From assembly GCA_964645245.1 (NCBI GenBank), contig CAZYBS010000001.1, forward strand, positions 526 to 64,525: DNA of 64,000 nt. The letters are read 5' to 3'. Source of the stretch: an uncultured Candidatus Saccharibacteria bacterium (GTDB taxonomy: Bacteria > Patescibacteriota > Minisyncoccia > Phycocordibacterales > UBA9973). The notes under the pieces are model-generated. The model did no database searches, had not been told where the DNA came from, and saw only the letters and a list, made by a program, of their open reading frames with translations. The translations under genes were made by a program, and so were the position numbers. Of this stretch, positions 57,540 to 64,000 are shown piece after piece; positions within the stretch are counted from its first letter, which is position 1, and each line of letters opens with the position of its first letter.

Positions 57540-58910
57540 TTATTCTGTTTCTTTCCAGCTGTCTATCTCGTACCCACCCGAAGGACCGGAAGAGAAATTA
57601 GTATTGGCCAATCCGGATTCGTAGGTCACTATAGCGTTATTGGTAATAAGTAAAAGATAAGCCGTTACCTCTTTCAAGGCCGCTGAATTATTAACTTCAA
57701 TTTTACCTTCACCGGCGTATAAAATAGCGGCACCGGCACCATTGCTCATCCTAATCGCGTCGGAAGCAACTCCTTCTTTCTGAGAAAGCAACATGATGTA
57801 GCTACCGCTTGTGCCTGAACCCAAGAGTTGAGCGCTGTTAGAAATTTCTATATAACCATTATTGGAATCCTCATCAATACCGGCCAGAACCATCCCGCTA
57901 TTGCCTCCAAATGACGGAGACAAGCGTAGGATAGAGCTGTTGCTGAGCCTTATCTCCCCCGTAACCCAAAGCGTACCGGTGACTGTTAACTCTGCTGTAT
58001 TGCTTAAAAGCAAATCGCCATTAATTTTTTTGGGACCTAAATTTCTTGTGCCACTGCTATAATTTTGAGTTCCGACAACGCCGCCGGCTACGGCTTCGGC
58101 TTCCCAGAGATCAATTTGGGCTTCCGAGATTGGCAGAGGCAAAATATCCGCGGGAACGAAAACGTCTGGATTGGGAGTGGTAATGGCTCCGGTCACAGTG
58201 CAACTTGCTCTGGTATCATATTTAGCTGTACCCCCAATCGTGCAGTTGGAAATGGAGTCAGCCACGACATTGCCGGTGACGGTCGTATTTTGTAATACTG
58301 AATGCTTAGCATTTCCTCCTACGGTAGAATTGCCCCGTATAGTAAATGAATCCGAATTACCTGTTATGTCCACACCATCAATAATGCCGGTTGGTCCGGA
58401 AGCAATCGCTGCGCCTTGGATTCTGGCTGAATTGGTGCCGATTATATTTCCGCCTGAATAAGCATTGCCGATTATTTTGGAGCTATTAGTCATTTCTAGT
58501 CCGCCTTGTCCTACTTGCACGCCATAATTAAAAGAAGCGCCAACACCGGTCTTAAGCTTAATATTCGTTTTTCGCTGATAACTTGAAACATCACCCAGAG
58601 AAGTTATACCTTTCTGCCCCAAGTTATCGGTAATGGTGGTCGTAACGGAATTAGAGTCCAGAGTCAAATTTTCACTTCCCCCGATCGTTATACCATTTAT
58701 TATCCGATACAATGCATCCTCGCTTCCCGACTCAGCCAGAAAATATGATTTTTTTGAATTCAGGTTCACCTGGGCGTTTTTAAACTCACGCACTGAGGAC
58801 GATACCAGCCCGGAAATTATTGCCAAAGAAATAAAAATAAAAAAGACAACTGATATCAGCATCGCTGCGCCAGATTGATGATTAACTTTTCTTTTTATTT
58901 TCTGTTTCAT
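57540..58910 (-). CDS. large minor-pilin/PilX-like protein of the type IV pilus cluster
   Basis: N-terminal hydrophobic segment (GAAMLISVVFFIFISLAIISG), then Gly/Asn/Thr-rich beta-helix-like repeats; position in pilus operon. Confidence 0.45.
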   Translation of the reverse strand: MKQKIKRKVNHQSGAAMLISVVFFIFISLAIISGLVSSSVREFKNAQVNLNSKKSYFLAESGSEDALYRIINGITIGGSENLTLDSNSVTTTITDNLGQKGITSLGDVSSYQRKTNIKLKTGVGASFNYGVQVGQGGLEMTNSSKIIGNAYSGGNIIGTNSARIQGAAIASGPTGIIDGVDITGNSDSFTIRGNSTVGGNAKHSVLQNTTVTGNVVADSISNCTIGGTAKYDTRASCTVTGAITTPNPDVFVPADILPLPISEAQIDLWEAEAVAGGVVGTQNYSSGTRNLGPKKINGDLLLSNTAELTVTGTLWVTGEIRLSNSSILRLSPSFGGNSGMVLAGIDEDSNNGYIEISNSAQLLGSGTSGSYIMLLSQKEGVASDAIRMSNGAGAAILYAGEGKIEVNNSAALKEVTAYLLLITNNAIVTYESGLANTNFSSGPSGGYEIDSWKETE

Positions 58911-58911
58911 T

Positions 58912-59421
58912 TTAATAGCTTCCTCTTAGAACAATCGTGTCGTAAAAATCTTGTGTGCGACCTAATGCATCATTGACAGATTTGACAGTTAGTAATATTT
59001 TCACGGCTTTGCCTTTCACCGTGGTTATTTGCGTAAAGGTAAGACCAGTTACCACTATATTCGGCGTATTTAAATTACCGGTAAGAATATTATTCTCTAA
59101 AAGTTGCAGATTAGAACCAGAAAGTAAAAATTCGACTGTTTTTTCTGCGCCCAGATTGTCTTTAGTATTCAGCTTTAAATTACTTAGACTGATAGAATTT
59201 ATTCCGTAAGCCGGCCGAATCTCTCTAGATATTTTTTCCATGATGACTCCATTTTGCATCAACTCCATTTGTATCGCATTTTCTCTAAACGACCTAGCCA
59301 TTGTAATCATTGCATTAATCACTACCAAAGAAAGAACAGAAAAAAAGGCAATATAAAAAAGAAGCTCTAAAATGGCATAACCTCTTTTATAACTTTTAGT
59401 TTTCAATTTCATAATTTTCAT
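58912..59421 (-). CDS. type IV pilin-like (pseudopilin) protein
   Basis: class III signal KRGYAILELLFYIAFFSVL (G-1, E+5). Confidence 0.6.
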   Translation of the reverse strand: MKIMKLKTKSYKRGYAILELLFYIAFFSVLSLVVINAMITMARSFRENAIQMELMQNGVIMEKISREIRPAYGINSISLSNLKLNTKDNLGAEKTVEFLLSGSNLQLLENNILTGNLNTPNIVVTGLTFTQITTVKGKAVKILLTVKSVNDALGRTQDFYDTIVLRGSY

Positions 59422-59883
59422 TTAGGGAAAAATATTTATTATATAAAATGGCAAGGTTTTAGTAATGGTAATTCCGCCCTCCAGCCAGGATACAGTAACA
59501 GTGACTAATTTTGTTCCAGGGTCGTCCGTGCCAATGCTCCCGATATCTTTTGTAGTATTATCACGATTCACACTCGCTATGACGACTGTGCGCGTAAAAA
59601 TTCCCACCGTATTGGCGGTAGATGATAAAATCCAAGTACCGCCAGAAAATGCCGGATAATAATTTGTACCCGAGTTTAAAGAAGAAATATTACTCCAGGC
59701 ATTATCTCGAAGTATCCGAACTGCTTCGGCCCCTTCTTCCAGCAGGAATGCCACTTGGCTTGCATGAAAAGCCTGGCGAGAAACATAAACAGATTTTTGA
59801 GCAACCGCCATCGCGGCTAAAATTGAAACAGTAATAATAGAAGCTGCCACTAATATTTCTATTGTCATAAAACCTTTTTTCAT
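59422..59883 (-). CDS. type IV pilin-like (pseudopilin) protein
   Basis: prepilin N-terminus MKKGFMTIEILVAASIITV. Confidence 0.6.
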   Translation of the reverse strand: MKKGFMTIEILVAASIITVSILAAMAVAQKSVYVSRQAFHASQVAFLLEEGAEAVRILRDNAWSNISSLNSGTNYYPAFSGGTWILSSTANTVGIFTRTVVIASVNRDNTTKDIGSIGTDDPGTKLVTVTVSWLEGGITITKTLPFYIINIFP

Positions 59884-59888
59884 TTGAT

Positions 59889-60356
59889 TTAATTCACGCT
59901 AGCAACACCCGTAGCAGAAATTGTAATAATTTTGGAATAAGAGGCAGTGGAAATCGTTATGGTACCAGTAGCACTGGGGGACCCCGAAAGACGATTAAAA
60001 TAAATATCGCCGGATGTCCCGCTGACACCGCCCAGTGTAACGTTTGCAATACTGGCGGGTGTTATGATATTTACTGTTTCGTTGTCCGTGGCCGACGCAG
60101 AAAAAACTTTGCCTTTAAAAATTATAATTTTGTCGGACTGAAAGTGCACTCCATACTCCGAAGAATTGAGAGAAGAAAGCGTCTTGCCACGCGCCTTGTT
60201 TATAGATGATAACGTATCTTGAACTCCGCTTTTCAGTACTTGGTTCTCTTTGATTTTTGAAAATTGCGGAAGGACAATCAAGATTATCAAGCCAATTGCC
60301 GCCGCCAGTACCAGCAGTTCTATAACGGTTATTCCTCTGTTGTAAAAGTTTTTCAT
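59889..60356 (-). CDS. type IV pilin-like protein
   Basis: prepilin N-terminus NRGITVIELLVLAAAIGLI. Confidence 0.6.
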   Translation of the reverse strand: MKNFYNRGITVIELLVLAAAIGLIILIVLPQFSKIKENQVLKSGVQDTLSSINKARGKTLSSLNSSEYGVHFQSDKIIIFKGKVFSASATDNETVNIITPASIANVTLGGVSGTSGDIYFNRLSGSPSATGTITISTASYSKIITISATGVASVN

Positions 60357-60408
60357 AATATTTTTAGTAGATAGCGCCTTAGGCCCTATCTAGGGCCTAA
60401 GGCGCTAT

Positions 60409-61626
60409 CTACTCTATGTTGCCTAAAATGGAATAAAGCGGTGAAATCATGGAAATAGCAAAGAACCCAACCCCGGAGCCGATGACAATCATTAAGAGGG
60501 GCTCAATAATGGTGGAAAGATTTTTAGTTTTATTTTCAACTTCTTCTTCATAAAATAAAGCGATTTGCAGCAACATATCTGACAATTTTCCGGTTTCTTC
60601 TCCGACCTGTATCATTTCCGACATCATTATTGGATAAAGATTATCGTTGTCTACAAAAGTCTGGGAAAACGGAGCCCCTTTTTCTACCGCGGCTCTAGCA
60701 TCCGCTAGGACTTTTTTGTAGTAAATATTTTGGACCACATCTTCCGTAATTTCAACCGCCCGGATGATGGAAACGCCGGAAGATAAAAGCGAAGACATGG
60801 TGCGGGCAGTGCGGGCGGTATTCAACTCTTTGGCCAAATTACCGATAAATGGAAGCCGGACGACCAGGAAATCAATATACTTCGCCATAAATCTAGCACC
60901 CAAAAGCCAGTAAAGGCCGAAGCCTACGCCGATTATAATCAGGAAGGTCAGTATTAAATTATTGGAGAAAAAGTTACCGATAAAAATAAGCAGGCGGGTG
61001 GAAGCCGGTAAAACAACGCCGAGCTCTTTGAAAGTGTTAGCCAAGGTCGGTACCACAAAAGCAAACATTAAAACACCAATCACCACCATCGCGGACAGAA
61101 TCACTCCCGGATAAATAAGCGCTCCGCGTATTTTCTTGGTCAAAGAATGCGATTTCTCTAAATTCATCCCGACATCAGAAAGCGCGCCGGCCAGGTTGCC
61201 GGACTCCTCGCCGGAGCGCGTCATTGACACAAAAAGTTTTGAAAAAATATTCGGGAATTTTGAAAGTCCCGAAGACAATGTCTCTCCGGAATTTATGTTA
61301 TTGGAAAGAGATGTTAAAATCTTGCCGAGTGCGGGATTTTTTGTCTGCTTTTTTAAAACTGATAACGCTCGAAAAAGCGACAGCCCGGCTCGCAGCATGC
61401 CGCTTAAATTTCTGGTTAAAATAATCTGCTCACTGACGCTGACTTTTGAAAACATGACGGCCAATACGGACATTCTGTCAAAAAAACTCTCATTCTGCTC
61501 TTGGATTGATACGGGAATATACCCGCGACCCCTCAAGTCGCGAGCCAGAGAAAGACGATCCAAGGCATCTAGCACCCCTTCTGAAATTTCTCCTGTTTTT
61601 GATCTTGCTCTGTAAGAAAATAGCAT
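60409..61626 (-). CDS. pilC: type IV pilus platform protein PilC (GspF family)
   Basis: two T2SSF-like repeats, three TM segments; start set at MLFSYRARSKTGE. Confidence 0.85.
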   Translation of the reverse strand: MLFSYRARSKTGEISEGVLDALDRLSLARDLRGRGYIPVSIQEQNESFFDRMSVLAVMFSKVSVSEQIILTRNLSGMLRAGLSLFRALSVLKKQTKNPALGKILTSLSNNINSGETLSSGLSKFPNIFSKLFVSMTRSGEESGNLAGALSDVGMNLEKSHSLTKKIRGALIYPGVILSAMVVIGVLMFAFVVPTLANTFKELGVVLPASTRLLIFIGNFFSNNLILTFLIIIGVGFGLYWLLGARFMAKYIDFLVVRLPFIGNLAKELNTARTARTMSSLLSSGVSIIRAVEITEDVVQNIYYKKVLADARAAVEKGAPFSQTFVDNDNLYPIMMSEMIQVGEETGKLSDMLLQIALFYEEEVENKTKNLSTIIEPLLMIVIGSGVGFFAISMISPLYSILGNIE

Positions 61627-61711
61627 CTTTGTTTTTATGAAGGTATACAAATTTTTATAAATAAAATCCCTTGCATTATTTATAAAAATTTGTATACCTG
61701 AATTGAATAAA

Positions 61712-63475
61712 CTATTCGGAAACAACGCGGAATACCTCCTCCAGCGTGGTTATACCCAAGACCGCTTGATAAACTCCGTCTTCCAGCATCGTCATCATTC
61801 CCTCCTTTTTCGCTTGTGTTTCTATATCATCCTGCGAACTTCCTTTTATAATCATTTCTTTTATCGTAGGCGTAATCTTCAACACTTCATGCATGCCAAT
61901 ACGGCTTGAATAGCCATCTTCAAACTCACTAATTCTTACTGGTTTATAAAAAGGAATTTTATCCCAAGTATCATTCAGGCCGATGATGTTTTCCGTTTTT
62001 AATAAAGAGAGCATCCTGTCCAAATCAACAATCTTAGCCAGATTCTTCATTTCAACTTCCGACAAGAAGTATTTTTCTTTATTGGGAACAAGTTTGCGCA
62101 CCAATCTTTGCGCGATAATCGTTTTGACTGTGGCAGTTATCAAAAAGGGCTCAACACCCATATCGATCAGTCTCGGTATTGCGCCGGCGGCAGAATTGGT
62201 ATGAATGGTGGAGAGAACTAAATGGCCAGTCAGCGAAGCATTGACTGCCAGTCCGGCTGTCTCGCTGTCCCGAATCTCCCCGACCATTATTATATCCGGA
62301 TCCTGGCGCAGCAGTGAACGCAATCCATTAGCGAAAGACAATCCTATCTCCGGCTTTACCTGTGTTTGATTGACTCTGGGCATTTGGTATTCAATCGGGT
62401 CTTCCACGGTGGAAATATTGACCTCCGGCTTATTCAAAATATCAAGCATCGTATAGAGGGTGGTGGTTTTTCCACTGCCGGTGGGCCCCGTCGCCAGCAC
62501 CATTCCTGTTTTTTGCTTTAATGAAGCATATATTCTCTCCAGCCCTTCACCATGAAAACCAAGAGTTTCCAAGGAGAATCCGTGCGTATCTTCCTTTAAA
62601 ATTCTCATAACCGTTTTTTCCCCGAAGAAAGTCGGCAAGGTGGAGACACGAAAAGAAATTTTTTCTCCGTCCTGCTCTTTTTTGAATCGGCCGTCCTGGG
62701 GCAGTCTTTTTTCATCCAGTTTCAAATTTGCCAACACCTTGATGCGGGCGGTTATGCCGGCTCCGGCATTCTTGTCCAAGACCATGGCATCATGCAAGAT
62801 GCCATCTATCCGGTAGCGCACCGTCAGCTCTTTTTCCCCGGGTTCAATGTGAATATCGGATGCATTTTGCAAAATGGCGTGAATAATCAGAGAGTCAACT
62901 ATTTTTACCACCGGCAAATCCTCGGCCATTTGCTTCAGTTCCACTTCAGACTTTTCAGACATTTTCTCACCGTCTTCACTGGAGGCGGCTTCTAGCGCGG
63001 TAGATTCTTTTTGGATAATATCTTGAAACTCAGCTTTGAGGCTTTGCCGGTACTGCACCAGCACAGACTTGACTGAAGAAGTATCGGTCAGCCGAGGTAA
63101 AATTTTAAGCCCGGAACGCTTCTTGATAAAATCAATCACCGGCAGGTCATCAACATCCAGCATTGCCACTTCCAAGCTATTCTCACTTTTTTTGTAGGCA
63201 ACGATATTGTAATTGCGCGCAATCGGCTCCGGAATGAGAGAAAGCACGGAGAAATCAATTTTCTGATTAGTTAAACTGATAAATGGTATCCCCAGAACAA
63301 AAGCTTCCATCCGCTTTAAATCAGTTTCCGATATTTTCCCCTCGGAAAGCAGAATATTTCCAAACTTTTGTTTTTTTTCTTTAGCTTTTTTTACCGCAGA
63401 GTCAAAGTCCGGACGATTTATGAGCCCGGATTCTAAAATAAATTTCTTTAACTGTTCCTCATCGATTACCATCAA
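61712..63475 (-). CDS. pilB: type IV pilus assembly ATPase PilB (GspE family)
   Basis: N-terminal T2SSE_N domain, Walker A GPTGSGKTTT, Asp/His boxes. Confidence 0.9.
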   Translation of the reverse strand: MMVIDEEQLKKFILESGLINRPDFDSAVKKAKEKKQKFGNILLSEGKISETDLKRMEAFVLGIPFISLTNQKIDFSVLSLIPEPIARNYNIVAYKKSENSLEVAMLDVDDLPVIDFIKKRSGLKILPRLTDTSSVKSVLVQYRQSLKAEFQDIIQKESTALEAASSEDGEKMSEKSEVELKQMAEDLPVVKIVDSLIIHAILQNASDIHIEPGEKELTVRYRIDGILHDAMVLDKNAGAGITARIKVLANLKLDEKRLPQDGRFKKEQDGEKISFRVSTLPTFFGEKTVMRILKEDTHGFSLETLGFHGEGLERIYASLKQKTGMVLATGPTGSGKTTTLYTMLDILNKPEVNISTVEDPIEYQMPRVNQTQVKPEIGLSFANGLRSLLRQDPDIIMVGEIRDSETAGLAVNASLTGHLVLSTIHTNSAAGAIPRLIDMGVEPFLITATVKTIIAQRLVRKLVPNKEKYFLSEVEMKNLAKIVDLDRMLSLLKTENIIGLNDTWDKIPFYKPVRISEFEDGYSSRIGMHEVLKITPTIKEMIIKGSSQDDIETQAKKEGMMTMLEDGVYQAVLGITTLEEVFRVVSE

Positions 63476-63501
63476 CTATATTGTAGCAAAAAATATCATA
63501 A

Positions 63502-63580
63502 CCCCCTAAATCCCCCTTATCAGGGGGACACCTCTCCCCAACCCCTCTCCTTATTAAGGAGAGGGGCGAAGGGTGAGGCC
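63502..63580. repeat. family-1 GC palindromes (two hairpins), intergenic
   Basis: cccccttatcaggggga and cctctccccaacccctctccttattaaggagaggggcgaagggtgagg. Confidence 0.8.
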
Positions 63581-64000
63581 TTAATCTTCTATAAAGAATG
63601 GTTTTTTCTTGACCGTCACGGTCGCTGCGCTGGTTGAAGCTGATACGCCATTGCAGGTTACGGTGTAAGTAGTCGAGGAAACTGGACTGACACTGATGCT
63701 GCCGGATGTAGCCCCGCCGGTATTAAAGTTTGTGCCAGTACAGGAAGTCGCGCTGGTTGAAGACCAACTAAGCGTTGTTGAGCCGCCGGTGTAGATTGTT
63801 GTCGGATTAACGCTAATGCTTGTGGTTGTACAAGCAGGCGTACTGCAAGATTGAGAAGATGAGCCAGAACAATTAGCTCCTCCGCCGGAAGGAGGCGGAT
63901 TGGTGCAAGTGCGGGTTTGGGTTCCGGTACTGCCGCAGGCCGTCACGCTGCAGCTGCTCCAAGCGCTCCAGCCGCCGTTGATAACAGGCGCAGGGGTCTG
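63581..64000 (-). CDS. partial secreted protein (runs off window) with thrombospondin type-1 repeat followed by Ig-like domain
   Basis: reading frame extended to the window edge gives [50 protein letters not shown], a canonical TSR (WSxWSxCSxTCGxGxxxRxRxC). Confidence 0.5.
   Translation of the reverse strand, partial: QTPAPVINGGWSAWSSCSVTACGSTGTQTRTCTNPPPSGGGANCSGSSSQSCSTPACTTTSISVNPTTIYTGGSTTLSWSSTSATSCTGTNFNTGGATSGSISVSPVSSTTYTVTCNGVSASTSAATVTVKKKPFFIED

Noticed and set aside
157-63580. Possibility that the short GC-rich palindromes are a CRISPR array
   Set aside because: Copies are not regularly spaced, have no uniform unique spacers, occur inside ORFs, and no cas genes are present (the only Cas2-like segment is a domain of a regulator-like protein).
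1-64000. tRNA, rRNA, transposase, integrase or phage genes
   Set aside because: No cloverleaf-compatible GC-rich 75-90 nt segments with the TPsiC-loop consensus were seen in intergenic regions, and no ORF shows DDE/tyrosine-recombinase/terminase motifs. The window appears to be core chromosome plus a surface-protein locus.

Overview
This window is a gene-dense (~90% coding), low-GC (~40%) chromosomal segment, most likely from a CPR/Patescibacteria (Parcubacteria-like) bacterium. The lineage call is inference from gene content: archaeal/eukaryote-type GlyRS, a type-2 (eukaryote-like) IleRS, a compact housekeeping set, giant cell-surface proteins, ComEC and a type IV pilus cluster. Recognisable genes: purH, rplJ-rplL, ftsK, recA, efp, rpsF-ssb-rpsR, tatD, metG, glyS, recO, ileS, argS, dut, tmk, glyA, sodA, comEC (split), rnhA, recJ, a HIT protein, pgk, tpiA and pilB/pilC plus pilins. 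I found no rRNA, tRNA, CRISPR array, transposase or integrase. Main non-genic signals: (1) at least three families of 20-90 bp GC-rich palindromic mini-elements, more than 25 copies in 64 kb, about half inserted in-frame into conserved housekeeping proteins (purH twice, recA, efp, ftsK, recJ, tatD, pgk), reminiscent of Rickettsia palindromic elements; (2) an IleRS carrying an internal histidine-phosphatase (PGAM-like) domain insertion and a C-terminal HD-hydrolase fusion; (3) two hairpins with a conserved 30-nt loop and compensatory stem changes; (4) a conserved G(A/G)GTTATCCACA (DnaA-box-like) motif at a fixed distance upstream of TATAAT in four promoters; (5) a ~600 bp high-GC island encoding a lipoprotein; (6) a textbook thrombospondin type-1 repeat in a partial surface protein; (7) a near-identical peptidoglycan-binding 3' cassette shared by two surface-protein genes; (8) a 14-bp palindrome TACGCTATAGCGTA duplicated on both sides of a wHTH/Cas2-like gene.
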